Below the pieces are notes generated by a model that was given only the letters and a program-made list of their open reading frames with translations, was not told the DNA's origin and ran no database searches. A program made the translations under genes and the position numbers. Of a DNA stretch of 64,000 nt, positions 39,580 through 50,402 are shown piece by piece. The first letter of the stretch is position 1, and each line of letters starts with the position of its first letter. Location of the stretch: NCBI GenBank assembly GCA_965205025.1, contig CBDBFU010000028.1, positions 160,001 through 224,000 of the forward strand, in the 5' to 3' direction. This stretch comes from Candidatus Poribacteria bacterium (GTDB lineage: Bacteria > Poribacteria > WGA-4E > WGA-3G).

Positions 39580-42519
39580 ATGCAGAATTCTGAGCAAGCA
39601 TTAGAACAAGTCCTCACAAATGAAATTGATGGGGAGGTTAGATTTGATGCATACTCAAAAGCACTATATAGTACAGATGCAAGTCTATATCAAATTGATC
39701 CAATAGGCGTTATTGTCCCAAAGAACAAGCAGGACGTAATAAAAACGGTTCAGATTGCTGCTGAACGAAAAATTCCAATTCTACCACGCGGTGGCGGAAC
39801 AAGTCTGGCAGGACAGAGTGTTGGTGAAGCAATCATTATAGACATGTCTAAGTTTATGAACGAATGTTTAGAAATTAACATTGATGAACATTGGGCACGC
39901 GTCCAACCCGGAATTGTCCTTGATGAACTAAATCACCAACTCAAACAACATGGACTGATGTATGCTCCAGATGTAGCAACAAGCAGCCGCGCAAACGTTG
40001 GCGGAACAATCGGAAATAACTCAGCGGGATCTCACTCCCTTATATATGGTAAGACTATAGACCATGTCATGTCACTCGACCTGATCCTTGCCAATGGAGA
40101 TGAAATTACTGCTGTCCCTTTATCTTTCCAGGAATTAGCATCAAAAAAAGAATCCTCTACCTTGGAAGGGAACATCTATCGTGAACTCTGCAGGATTTGT
40201 GCTGACAATGAGGATGAAATTCGTAAGAGATACCCTCAAATTCTTCGAAGAGTTGCAGGATATAACCTTGATGAGTATGTTCCTAATGCTGGTTCAAAAG
40301 AGGTAACACCCTACCGTCGAGACGGATGTGATGCACATCATCCTTTTAACTTAACTAAAATAGTTGTTGGTTCAGAAGGCACTTTGGCAACTACGGTTGA
40401 AGCGAAAATCAATTTAGTTCCTATACCCATAATGACAGGTTTATGTGTTGTTCATTTTGACTCACTCATAACTTCAATGGAAGCAATGCAGACTATCTTA
40501 GACTGTAATCCTACAGCCGTTGAACTAATTGATAAAACTATACTTGGCATGGCACGTGGTTCCATAGAATTCTCAAGACTAACAAGTTTTATACAGGGTG
40601 AACCTGAAGCACTTCTTGCTGTTGAATTTTATGGAGAGAATGAAGATGAACTGAACAATCACATAGACAAGCTTGAAAATACATTGAAACGTGAGAATTT
40701 CGGATATGCTTTTGTCAGATGTTTTACTGCCGAAGAAAAAGCAAGGGTTTGGGAAACCAGAAAAGCAGGACTCGGTTTACTTATGGGGATGAAAGGGGAC
40801 GCAAAACCGATAGGGTTTGTTGAAGATGCCGCAGTAGCAATCGAGAAGTTACCTGAATATGTCACACGATTCGATAAAATCGTAAAAAAACATGATACAA
40901 CTGCATCATACTACGCTCATGCAAGTGTTGGACTACTCCACAACCGGCCTGTAATCAATCTAAAATCAGAAACTGATATTCATAAGATGCATAATATAGC
41001 AAGGGAAGTAAGAGACCTGCTTTTAGACCTTGGTGGAGCAATGAGTGGAGAACATGGAGATGGTCTGGTACGTAGTGAATGGATCGAAAGCATGTTTGGG
41101 CTGCAAATTTACCAAGCACTACGAGAAGTTAAAAACGCATTCGACCCTGACGGAATTATGAATCCTGGGAAGATCATCGATCCACCCCCAATGACGGAGA
41201 ATCTACGTTTCGGTCCAAAATATAACACTATTAACATTGAAACCTATTTTGATTATTCTGCTCAAGATGGGTTCAACCGTGCTATAGAGATGTGTAATGG
41301 AGTCGGTGCATGTAGGAAGACACTCACCGGCACAATGTGTCCATCTTTCATTGCTACACGGGAAGAGGAACATTCTACACGTGGTCGGGCAAATGCTCTC
41401 CGTTCAGTTATTTCTGGAGCATTACCCACTAAAGATTTTACAAGTGAACGACTCTATGATGTTCTGGATTTATGTTTAGGCTGCAAAGCATGCAAGGCGG
41501 AATGTCCTTCTAATGTTGACATGGCTAAAATAAAGTATGAAGTGTTGGCTCATTACCGAAAAGCAAATGGACTTCCTCTTCGGAATAGGCTCTTTGGGGA
41601 AATAGGGTCGCTTGCTGGTTTGGGGTCAGCATTTGCACCATTCTCCAATTGGGCAACGAATAACCCCGTTTCAAAATGGATTGCTGAACAACTCATGGGA
41701 ATTGACCGACGAAGAGACATGCCTTCTTTTGTTCATACTACTTTTGAAAAATGGTTTACAAAACGTTCATCCCAAAATTCTTCAGACAAAAAAGTTGTTC
41801 TGTTTCACGATACTTTTTTGAATTATAGTGAACCAAATATCGGCAAAGCTGCTACCTACGTTTTAGAATCCGCAGGTTATGAAGTGATTCTACCTGAGAA
41901 ACGGTGTTGTGGAAGACCTTTAATATCTGAAGGCATGTTGGATAAAGCCATTGATAACGCACATTACAATATAGAAAAACTGCATAAATATGCTGTGCAA
42001 GGAATACCAATAATCTGTTGTGAACCGAGTTGTACATCCGCATTAACTGATGATTATGTTGATCTTATCAACACACCTGAAGCAAAGCAGGTTGCAGACG
42101 CAACTTATTCAATAGAGGAGTTCTGTATAAATGAGAAACAAGAGGATAATCTACAACTCTCATTTAATGGACAATCAAACGATATCCTATTACATGGACA
42201 TTGCCATCAGCGCGCACTTGTCGGTACACAACCTGTTAAGCAATTGCTTGAAATGCCACCTGGGAATACTGTTGAAATAATTGATTCAAGTTGCTGTGGT
42301 ATGGCAGGTTCGTTTGGTTACGAAAAATCACATTACGATATCTCAATGAATATTGGGGAACTCCGTCTTTTCCCTTCTATCCGTGAAAGAAATGATAACT
42401 TTATACTGTCAGCGTCAGGATTCTCATGTCGACATCAGTTAGAACACGGAACCGGTATTCTACCTAAACACCCTATCAAGGTGTTAAGCGAAGCTATAAA
42501 AGCCGATAAAGGGCTATAG
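39580..42519 (+). CDS. FAD-linked oxidase fused to Fe-S/CCG domains (GlcD-GlcF/YdiJ-like 2-hydroxyacid dehydrogenase)
   Basis: PRGGGTSLAGQ, GSEGTL, SGEHGDG, CNGVGAC, CLGCKACKAECP, CCGRP, CCGMAGSFG. Confidence 0.9.
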   Translation: MQNSEQALEQVLTNEIDGEVRFDAYSKALYSTDASLYQIDPIGVIVPKNKQDVIKTVQIAAERKIPILPRGGGTSLAGQSVGEAIIIDMSKFMNECLEINIDEHWARVQPGIVLDELNHQLKQHGLMYAPDVATSSRANVGGTIGNNSAGSHSLIYGKTIDHVMSLDLILANGDEITAVPLSFQELASKKESSTLEGNIYRELCRICADNEDEIRKRYPQILRRVAGYNLDEYVPNAGSKEVTPYRRDGCDAHHPFNLTKIVVGSEGTLATTVEAKINLVPIPIMTGLCVVHFDSLITSMEAMQTILDCNPTAVELIDKTILGMARGSIEFSRLTSFIQGEPEALLAVEFYGENEDELNNHIDKLENTLKRENFGYAFVRCFTAEEKARVWETRKAGLGLLMGMKGDAKPIGFVEDAAVAIEKLPEYVTRFDKIVKKHDTTASYYAHASVGLLHNRPVINLKSETDIHKMHNIAREVRDLLLDLGGAMSGEHGDGLVRSEWIESMFGLQIYQALREVKNAFDPDGIMNPGKIIDPPPMTENLRFGPKYNTINIETYFDYSAQDGFNRAIEMCNGVGACRKTLTGTMCPSFIATREEEHSTRGRANALRSVISGALPTKDFTSERLYDVLDLCLGCKACKAECPSNVDMAKIKYEVLAHYRKANGLPLRNRLFGEIGSLAGLGSAFAPFSNWATNNPVSKWIAEQLMGIDRRRDMPSFVHTTFEKWFTKRSSQNSSDKKVVLFHDTFLNYSEPNIGKAATYVLESAGYEVILPEKRCCGRPLISEGMLDKAIDNAHYNIEKLHKYAVQGIPIICCEPSCTSALTDDYVDLINTPEAKQVADATYSIEEFCINEKQEDNLQLSFNGQSNDILLHGHCHQRALVGTQPVKQLLEMPPGNTVEIIDSSCCGMAGSFGYEKSHYDISMNIGELRLFPSIRERNDNFILSASGFSCRHQLEHGTGILPKHPIKVLSEAIKADKGL

Positions 42520-42550
42520 GACACATTTCCCCCTACAAGGAGATCGAACA

Positions 42551-43996
42551 ATGCGGAAGATTTTTGAACCGCTTGAAGACTTTAAAACTATTGATTTACC
42601 TGAAAAGGAATTACCGTTTTGGAAAATCGCTGGTCCAGGGGCAATCTTAGTTGGTTTATCCATTGGTGCTGGTGAAATTGTCATTTGGCCCCTAATTGCT
42701 GCTGAATACGGTGGGAGTATGGTCTGGGCAGCAGTTTTGGGTGTCTTTCTACAGCTTTGGATAAACTTTGAAGTCGGAAGATATACAATTGCTACTGGGG
42801 AAACTGTATATACAGGTTATAGTCGTATATGGCGGGGATTTGCTCCACTCTTCATCCTACTAATCGTCGTCGGTTGGATCGCACCTGGTTGGGCACGGGA
42901 ATCTGGTGCTGCCCTAAAAGCTCTCATTTTCAATTCAAAATGGATGGAAGGAACATTCTGGGGATCAGATACTTTTTGGATTATAATTACCTTCTCTCTT
43001 GCTTCTCTCATTCTATTCGGACCAAAAATGGTCTATCAGTCTGTAGAACACACTATTGAGATACTTGTTGCAGTGGTAACCGTAGGACTTATACTTGTTG
43101 CTATTTTAGTCGGTTCTTGGGATACTTGGAAGGAATTAGGGTCAGGTATAATAAATGTTGGGTATAAGGATCCTAAGATGTCAGTAAAAGCCTTATTTAT
43201 TGCTTTAGTTTTTGCAGGAGCAGGGGGGACCGCGAATCTATTCTATACCTTCTATCTACGAGATAAGAATATAGGTATGGGTGCGAGAGTTCCAGGTCTA
43301 CGAAATCCACTCAGAGGTCGGACTGAAAAAGTTCCTGCAGGTGGATATCTCTTTGAAGATACCGAAGATAATCGTCGACGTTTTGCTGATTGGTGGCGTT
43401 ACATTAAAAGTGATCAAATGCTTTTCTTTTGGGCACTTAATACATTTACAATTCTACTATTCATTTTCGGCGCACTGGCAGTCCTACGTCCAGAAGGAAT
43501 TGTGCCTGATAAAAGTCAACTTATTTTCGATGAAGCAAATATATTAGGCAAAAGCTTTGGTGAATTCGGACGACGCATCTTCCTTATGGTTGGGGTTGCT
43601 ACCCTGTTTGGAACACAACTCGCACTACTTGATGGTGTGGGTCGATCTATTTCAGATATAATTTATACCAACTTTAAAAAGGCACAAAAACGTGCAATGA
43701 GTTGGTGGTATCTACTCATAGTAGGGATCTGGATTGTCGCTGGAATTGTAATTACCTATATCATGGAACAGTTAAATGTTAGTGGTCTCGGTTTCCTATT
43801 CAGTGCCGCATATATGGGTGGATTTGCAATGGCAATCTACGTTCCACTAACTTTGTATATGAATTATCGCTTTTTACCTGGATTCGCAAGACCAAAAACT
43901 TTATCAACTATTATGATGTTTATTGCATCTGCTGTATATATCGGATTTGCAATCGCAAGTATAATTTGGGAGATTAATCGACTCATTGGAGGTTAA
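42551..43996 (+). CDS. Nramp-related (APC superfamily) transporter
   Basis: GPGAILVGLSIGAGE..IWP, E.GRYT.ATGE; about 11 TM segments. Confidence 0.75.
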   Translation: MRKIFEPLEDFKTIDLPEKELPFWKIAGPGAILVGLSIGAGEIVIWPLIAAEYGGSMVWAAVLGVFLQLWINFEVGRYTIATGETVYTGYSRIWRGFAPLFILLIVVGWIAPGWARESGAALKALIFNSKWMEGTFWGSDTFWIIITFSLASLILFGPKMVYQSVEHTIEILVAVVTVGLILVAILVGSWDTWKELGSGIINVGYKDPKMSVKALFIALVFAGAGGTANLFYTFYLRDKNIGMGARVPGLRNPLRGRTEKVPAGGYLFEDTEDNRRRFADWWRYIKSDQMLFFWALNTFTILLFIFGALAVLRPEGIVPDKSQLIFDEANILGKSFGEFGRRIFLMVGVATLFGTQLALLDGVGRSISDIIYTNFKKAQKRAMSWWYLLIVGIWIVAGIVITYIMEQLNVSGLGFLFSAAYMGGFAMAIYVPLTLYMNYRFLPGFARPKTLSTIMMFIASAVYIGFAIASIIWEINRLIGG

Positions 43997-43997
43997 A

Positions 43998-44819
43998 ATG
44001 GACAAGAATTCCCAGAAGGCCTTTTTTGAAAAGGAAGGCTATCTTATTGTTGAAAACATATTATCACAAGCAGAAGTAGTGGAGTGCCAATCAGAAATTC
44101 AACGCTTACATGAGTTTGCTGCAGGTCAAGAATCCGAAACAGAAAAAGATCGCGCAGATATAGCACGAAGACATGTACAGCACGAACCTTTCGCCAAAGA
44201 CGAAACACAAGGGAATGAATTACCTGTTCTTAGAAAAGCTGAAAATACAAGACAATACTCAGACATTTTTCGTAATTTAGCACAACATCCTAATCTTGTA
44301 GCAGTACTTCAAAACCTTCTCGGTGAAGATCTACTCCTATTTAGAAGTACTCTTATGTTTAAACCTGCTCTTCACGGATCATCACATGGATTGCATCAAG
44401 ATTCTGCATATTGGCCTATGGAACCACCAAGATTGGTCACTGTTAGTATTGCTCTTAACGACGCTACTCCTGAAAATGGGTGCTTTAAAGTTGTCCCACG
44501 CAGCCACTTATGGGGTGTTCAACAGTGGGGTGGCATTGCAAGACAACAGGATGCTGAACTTACAGATCGTGAAGAAGTCGCAAAACAGCAAATGGATGTT
44601 CCTCTCTCAGCTGGTAGTGCACTGTTTTTTCACAGTCTCATGGTACACGGCTCTGGTCCAAATACAACACCACATCCCAGAAATACCGCTCTATATGCAT
44701 ATTTTTCACCTGAGGTACGATATGTAACTAAAGATGGAAAAGGAGAACGTGCATTCCCTGTAATTTCCGGACTTGACGGAAAAGATGAGATGACGTTCAT
44801 TGCACAGAAGGCATCTTAA
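43998..44819 (+). CDS. Phytanoyl-CoA dioxygenase family protein
   Basis: FFEKEGYL, LHQDSAYW, ENGCFKVVPRSH, VHGSGPN..R. Confidence 0.9.
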   Translation: MDKNSQKAFFEKEGYLIVENILSQAEVVECQSEIQRLHEFAAGQESETEKDRADIARRHVQHEPFAKDETQGNELPVLRKAENTRQYSDIFRNLAQHPNLVAVLQNLLGEDLLLFRSTLMFKPALHGSSHGLHQDSAYWPMEPPRLVTVSIALNDATPENGCFKVVPRSHLWGVQQWGGIARQQDAELTDREEVAKQQMDVPLSAGSALFFHSLMVHGSGPNTTPHPRNTALYAYFSPEVRYVTKDGKGERAFPVISGLDGKDEMTFIAQKAS

Positions 44820-44838
44820 CGCAAACAAAAGGGGAACC

Positions 44839-45633
44839 ATGAAAGTCGCCTTGGAAAAACACACAGCAATTGTCACTGGTGGTGCACAAGGGATTGGCAA
44901 GGCAATAGTACAATTGCTGGTAAAGAATGGTGCAAGTGTTGCCATTGTTGATATAGATGTGGAATCAGGTAACAAAACCACACAAGAAATCCGAGAAATA
45001 GGTGGAAAGTCTATCTTCGTTGAGGCGGATGTTGCAAATCCTAATCAGATGGAAGCAGCTGCAAAAACCATCATTACGGAACTCGGCAGCATTCAGATTC
45101 TTATCAACAATGCGGGAATAAATACACGCAGTGAACGTGTTCCAATACACCAATATACTTTAGAAGATTGGCATCGTATTTTACAAGTTGACCTAACCGG
45201 TGTATTCGTCGTAAGTCGCACAATCATCCCCTACATGCTTGAGAACCCACCAGGTCGTATTGTCAACATTAGTTCCATTGCTGGATTAGTGCCACTCCGT
45301 CTTCAAAGTGCATTCGTTGCAGCAAAAGCTGGTGTTGCAAATCTAACACGTTCAATGGCACTGGAACTCGGTCCACAAGGTATTCTGGTAAATGCTGTTG
45401 CTCCCGGTTCAACATTAACAAAAGGCACAAAAGCACTCTTTTACGGGGAAGATGGTGCCTATACAGAAAAGGCTGCAAGTCTTCTCTCTCACATCCCCCT
45501 TGGTCGACCAGGGAACGTGGAAGAAATAGCTGCAGCCGTTTTATTTTTAGTCGCGCCTGAAGCAAGTTATGTAAATGGAACTATTCTAACTGTTGATGGT
45601 GGATGGACAGCAGGTTATACTCGAGATTGGTGA
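44839..45633 (+). CDS. Short-chain dehydrogenase/reductase with atypical FxxxK active site
   Basis: TGGAQGIG, NNAG, NISS, SAFVAAK, VNAVAPG, VDGGW. Confidence 0.9.
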   Translation: MKVALEKHTAIVTGGAQGIGKAIVQLLVKNGASVAIVDIDVESGNKTTQEIREIGGKSIFVEADVANPNQMEAAAKTIITELGSIQILINNAGINTRSERVPIHQYTLEDWHRILQVDLTGVFVVSRTIIPYMLENPPGRIVNISSIAGLVPLRLQSAFVAAKAGVANLTRSMALELGPQGILVNAVAPGSTLTKGTKALFYGEDGAYTEKAASLLSHIPLGRPGNVEEIAAAVLFLVAPEASYVNGTILTVDGGWTAGYTRDW

Positions 45634-45660
45634 GCATAGATATGTTCTTGGTCCGTATAA

Positions 45661-46077
45661 TCAAGGATTTGGTGGTGAAGTGCAAATCAAAACTTCCAAT
45701 GTTTCATCACCTGTGTTTTCTATCCCATGCTCACACCACGGTGGCAAGTGAATAAATGTACCCGCCTTTACTGGAACCTTCTCATCCGCAATAGTCATAG
45801 TGCCTTCACCGCGAATGATCACATAACACTCCTCAGTATGATGACTACCGGGTTCTAATACCACATGAGGTGGTACAAAAAACATCACCATCCCTAAATT
45901 CTCTGCAGGTGCTTTCGGATTGGCAGGATGAACAACACGTACCCCAATTCCATCACAACCAGGATATTTTACCGGCACACCATCCTGAACAGTTACGACG
46001 TTTGCTCTAACCTGTCCTTTAGGTTTGGATACAGGGGGTTCTCCTTCATATCCTTTAAACATTTTTATTTTTGCCAT
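45661..46077 (-). CDS. Cupin domain protein
   Basis: SHHTEECY.II.GEG, G.FIHLPPW.EHGIEN.G. Confidence 0.85.
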   Translation of the reverse strand: MAKIKMFKGYEGEPPVSKPKGQVRANVVTVQDGVPVKYPGCDGIGVRVVHPANPKAPAENLGMVMFFVPPHVVLEPGSHHTEECYVIIRGEGTMTIADEKVPVKAGTFIHLPPWCEHGIENTGDETLEVLICTSPPNP

Positions 46078-46105
46078 CAGATTACCTCAAAACTCAAGGA
46101 TATGT

Positions 46106-46855
46106 TTACGACACAACACTGTTACGTAAAACACCAATTCCCGCAATTTCTACCTCAACAACATCACCTGATTTCAAAGCAGTTGTTGTGCCAGGAGTTC
46201 CTGTGTAAATTGCATCACCAGGTTCCAATGTTATTGCCTTAGATATGAAACTCACAATTTCTGGTACAGGAAAAATTAAGTCTGCCGTTGTTTGAGATTG
46301 TACCACATCTCCATTAATTCGTGTTTCTAACTGAAGATCGCTATAATCAAGATCTGTAACAACTACAGGTCCCATAGGTCCAAACGTATCAGAAGCTTTG
46401 GCACGCCACCATTGCAGATCATTCTTCTGCCATGTTCGAGCACTCACATCGTTCCCACAAGACACACCTAAAATGTTAGCAGCTGCTTCATCAGGATTGG
46501 CTTTAGATGTACGCTCCTTAATGATGACAACCAATTCACCTTCCGCATGCACATCATCATCACCATCAGGAAGGACAATCTCTCCTTCAGGATCATTAAT
46601 ACAAGATGGGGTCTTGATAAAAATCTCTGGATTCTTCGGTTCAGGTGCATCACCTAAATGACTCCGATAATTCAAGCCAACTGCTAACACTTTGGATGGT
46701 TTCGTCGGGGCAAGCAGTTTTACATCTTCTATAGATATAGATTCACCGGTCTCGTTAAAATCTGTAAATGGACAAGCATCCAATTTTCGTATATTATCTC
46801 CATCAACAATTCCATATTCAACAGTTCCATTCAAGTCATATCGAGCTAATTTCAT
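46106..46855 (-). CDS. Fumarylacetoacetate hydrolase family protein
   Basis: KVLAVGLNY..H, H.EGEL, GNDVSAR, RAK..DTFGP.GP, TLEPGD.I.TGTP. Confidence 0.92.
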   Translation of the reverse strand: MKLARYDLNGTVEYGIVDGDNIRKLDACPFTDFNETGESISIEDVKLLAPTKPSKVLAVGLNYRSHLGDAPEPKNPEIFIKTPSCINDPEGEIVLPDGDDDVHAEGELVVIIKERTSKANPDEAAANILGVSCGNDVSARTWQKNDLQWWRAKASDTFGPMGPVVVTDLDYSDLQLETRINGDVVQSQTTADLIFPVPEIVSFISKAITLEPGDAIYTGTPGTTTALKSGDVVEVEIAGIGVLRNSVVS

Positions 46856-46986
46856 ATATAATCCTCCTTTGTTATTCTCACATATATATACCGTTTTGTC
46901 AACAATTCTTCCGATATATCACCTAACAAACTCCATCTGTCAAATCGTTCAGATAAACTGGACAATTGCATACTACTGACAAAACT

Positions 46987-47015
46987 TTGACTTTTTTATC
47001 TCTACGAGTTACAAT
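46987..47015 (+). promoter_or_regulatory. Sigma70 promoter of argC-lpxB-lpxK
   Basis: TTGACT-17-TACAAT. Confidence 0.65.
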
Positions 47016-47047
47016 ATACAATATAGACTATTTACGAAGGTAATTGC

Positions 47048-48091
47048 ATGACAAAAATCGGAATCGTCGGTGCATCCGGCTATAGTGGCAGTGAATTATT
47101 AAGATTTTTAGTTAACCATTCTGGTCAACTGAAGGTAGAACTTGTCACATCAGAAACCTACGCTGGACAACGGGTCGAATCCGTACTACCACACCTTCGA
47201 GATTTCATTGATCTTGATTTTGAACCATTAGAGATCGGATCACTAAAAAACCGTGTTGATGTTGTTGTTTTAGCTGTACCTCATAAGGTTGCAATGACAT
47301 ACACACCACAAATCCTCGCGCAAGACTTGCGAGTCGTAGATTTTAGTGCTGACTACCGTCTTAAAAATGTACAAATCTATAGCGATTGGTACCATACTGA
47401 ACATACAAGTCCTGATCTATTCCAAAATGCTGTATACGGTTTACCCGAACGTTACCGTGAGAAAATTCGAGATGCGAAACTCGTTGCCAATCCTGGATGT
47501 TATCCTACCAGTGCTATACTCGCCACATTACCCTTACTTAACAATAGACTCATAGATTTAGATTCTATTATTGTTGATGCCAAATCTGGAATATCTGGAG
47601 CAGGTCCTAAACCCAAAGATACAACCCATTACCCAAATAGAGAATCTAATCTTGTAGCATACAATATTGGTAAACACCGTCATACACCTGAGATAGAACA
47701 GGAATTAGGTGCAATTGCTGGGGATTCAATTTCAATAACCTTCACTCCACATTTAGTTCCCATGACTCGTGGCATTCTCAGTACAGTTTACGCTCGATTG
47801 GAACAACCACTTGACACTGAAACAGTACTTGATGTCTATAAAAACTTCTATCAGAGTGAACCATTTATACGAGTTCTCGACATTGACGAATACCCCCAAA
47901 CAAAATCTGTCCTGGGTAGCAACTATTGTGATGTTGGAATTGAAGTAGACAAACGAACACAACGCATTGTTGCTATGGCTGCTATAGATAATCTTGGTAA
48001 AGGGGCAGCGGGTGCAGCAGTTCAGAATCTAAACCTTATGTTTGACTGTGATGAAACTGACGGTCTAAAATCACCTGGACTGATGCCTTAG
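47048..48091 (+). CDS. argC: N-acetyl-gamma-glutamyl-phosphate reductase
   Basis: GASGYSG.EL, D.SADYR, ANPGCYPT, DAKSG.SGAG, IDNL.KGAAG. Confidence 0.95.
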   Translation: MTKIGIVGASGYSGSELLRFLVNHSGQLKVELVTSETYAGQRVESVLPHLRDFIDLDFEPLEIGSLKNRVDVVVLAVPHKVAMTYTPQILAQDLRVVDFSADYRLKNVQIYSDWYHTEHTSPDLFQNAVYGLPERYREKIRDAKLVANPGCYPTSAILATLPLLNNRLIDLDSIIVDAKSGISGAGPKPKDTTHYPNRESNLVAYNIGKHRHTPEIEQELGAIAGDSISITFTPHLVPMTRGILSTVYARLEQPLDTETVLDVYKNFYQSEPFIRVLDIDEYPQTKSVLGSNYCDVGIEVDKRTQRIVAMAAIDNLGKGAAGAAVQNLNLMFDCDETDGLKSPGLMP

Positions 48092-48136
48092 TTCCCTTAC
48101 TTGACATTCGGAGTTTGCCATTACAAACCTATCCTA

Positions 48137-49285
48137 ATGGAACTTATGATTGTCGCTGGTGAACCCTCCGGTGACCTACACGCCTCACACGTCGTAACTG
48201 CACTCAAGAAACTACACCCCGATATCACAGTATACGGTATGGGTGGAGATATGATGGAAGAATCAGGTGTGTCACTGGATATACACATCCAAGATTCTGC
48301 TGTGATGGGAATCTTAGAAGCTATCACTGTTCTCCCTAAATTCCTCAAAAAACTCTCACTGCTAAAGAAAAGACTCCGAGATAAACATCCTGATCTGTTG
48401 CTACTTGTTGACTTTGCGGAGTTTAATACCCCATTAGCAAAATATGCTCAGAAGTTAGGTATTAATGTAGTTTACTATATACCTCCAAAAGCATGGGCAT
48501 GGCGTCCTGGTAGAGCGAAAAAAATCGCTGAACGCACAAATGTTGTTGCCGCAATTTTCCCTTTTGAATCAGAATTCTATGAGAAGGCTGGCGCATCTGT
48601 AAAATTCGTAGGACACCCTTTAGTAGACTTTGCCTACACTGATCTCACATCGGAACTGGCACGTGAGAAATTAGGAATTCAAAATGATTCCCATGTAATC
48701 GGTTTAATGCCCGGAAGTAGACGATCAGAAGTGCAACGCATTCTACCAATTATGCTCCAAGCAGCTGTAAATATCCAAAAAACATATCCTGATACTGAAT
48801 GGATACTCCCCAAAGCACCAAGTATATCAGATGAACAGATAGAATCTTGTAAAATCGGAATTGATGATGTGCCTACTATTAAACTGATACACGATGATAC
48901 ATACACAGCAATGCGAGCTGCAACATTGATGTTCGTCACCTCTGGAACAGCAACACTTGAAACTGCTTGTATTGGCACACCGATGATAATACTCTATCGC
49001 ACTTCACCCTTAAATTGGAAGATCGTAAACTGGTTAACACATTTAGAACACAGTGGTTTACCTAACCTAATAGCAGGTAAACGTATTGTACCAGAATTGC
49101 TACAAGAAAATTTATCCACACAAAGTCTAACAGATCTCACAATTAACCTGTTTCAGAATCCCAATCAACTTGAGATACAAAAAATAGCTCTAAATCATGT
49201 CTATAACCAATTAGGGGAGTCCGGTGTAGCAGATAATACGGCACAAATAATATTGGACCAAGCTGCATTGGCAACTAAGTCCTAA
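48137..49285 (+). CDS. lpxB: Lipid-A-disaccharide synthase
   Basis: VAGEPSGDLH, YYIPP.AWAWR, FVGHPL, LMPGSR..E, SGTATLE. Confidence 0.93.
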   Translation: MELMIVAGEPSGDLHASHVVTALKKLHPDITVYGMGGDMMEESGVSLDIHIQDSAVMGILEAITVLPKFLKKLSLLKKRLRDKHPDLLLLVDFAEFNTPLAKYAQKLGINVVYYIPPKAWAWRPGRAKKIAERTNVVAAIFPFESEFYEKAGASVKFVGHPLVDFAYTDLTSELAREKLGIQNDSHVIGLMPGSRRSEVQRILPIMLQAAVNIQKTYPDTEWILPKAPSISDEQIESCKIGIDDVPTIKLIHDDTYTAMRAATLMFVTSGTATLETACIGTPMIILYRTSPLNWKIVNWLTHLEHSGLPNLIAGKRIVPELLQENLSTQSLTDLTINLFQNPNQLEIQKIALNHVYNQLGESGVADNTAQIILDQAALATKS

Positions 49286-49287
49286 CA

Positions 49288-50400
49288 ATGAAACACATCC
49301 TCTATTCATTCATTACTACTAAACAACCTGGTTTCTTCACCTCTCTCTTTCGGATACTACTAACACCGTTAACATGGTTCTACGGAACAATAGTTTGTAT
49401 ACGTAACTTCTGTTACGATTCCAATATACTTAAACAGACAAAATTACCATGTCCTGTAATTAGTTTTGGAAATATAGTTGTTGGAGGAACAGGTAAAACA
49501 CCAGCTGTTGAATCAACAGCAAAACTACTACAAGAAGCAGGATATAAGGTCGCTATTCTACTACGCGGTTATGGAAGAAAAAGTTCAGAAAAGATTTTGA
49601 TCGTCTCGGATGGGCATAGATGTCTATGCACAAGATTAGAAAGTGGGGATGAGGCATACCTACTTGCACACAAACTTAATGGAATACCGATTATCGTCGG
49701 TAAAAATCGAGTTGATACCGGAAAAATTGCCTGTGACCAATTTGATTGTGATATTATCCTATTGGATGATGGATACCAGCATCGTAAATTGGTACGGGAT
49801 ATTGATATTCTAACAATTGATTCTACACAACTCTTTGGTACAGAATCACTACTACCAATAGGAACACTCAGAGAACCATTAGCATCGTTAAAACGTGCAA
49901 ATATCATTCTACTCACTCGAGTAGATATATCTAACACACAGATTGCCAACTTGAAGAATAAGATTAATCAACGGATTCAAAATACTCCTATTTTAGAGAG
50001 TATACACCATCCATCATCATTGTATGAGTTAGGAAATCATTATATTCCGATTGATAAATCCAAAACAATTCCAATGAAGAATTTAGAAGGCAAACGGATT
50101 TTAGCAGTGTGTGGAATCGGAAACCCAGAGGCATTTAAAAAAACACTACTATATTTCAATCCAGAATTTATTGAGTTATTACCATTTCCAGACCATCATA
50201 TCTATACTGATTCAGATATAGAAAAAATAATACAACAGTCTAAACAAGTCAATGCTGAATGGGTCATTACTACACAGAAAGATGAAGATAAACTATCATC
50301 ACTATCACAACATATACGAGTTCTCGTATTATCAATTGAACTTATTATAACTGATGGAAAAGAAGTATTACTCAAAGAATTGCAGACTAAAATAAACTGA
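49288..50400 (+). CDS. lpxK: Tetraacyldisaccharide 4'-kinase
   Basis: GNI.VGGTGKTP, RGYG, GDE, LDDGYQH, LLP.G.LREP, FPDHH, TTQKD. Confidence 0.93.
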   Translation: MKHILYSFITTKQPGFFTSLFRILLTPLTWFYGTIVCIRNFCYDSNILKQTKLPCPVISFGNIVVGGTGKTPAVESTAKLLQEAGYKVAILLRGYGRKSSEKILIVSDGHRCLCTRLESGDEAYLLAHKLNGIPIIVGKNRVDTGKIACDQFDCDIILLDDGYQHRKLVRDIDILTIDSTQLFGTESLLPIGTLREPLASLKRANIILLTRVDISNTQIANLKNKINQRIQNTPILESIHHPSSLYELGNHYIPIDKSKTIPMKNLEGKRILAVCGIGNPEAFKKTLLYFNPEFIELLPFPDHHIYTDSDIEKIIQQSKQVNAEWVITTQKDEDKLSSLSQHIRVLVLSIELIITDGKEVLLKELQTKIN

Positions 50401-50402
50401 AT

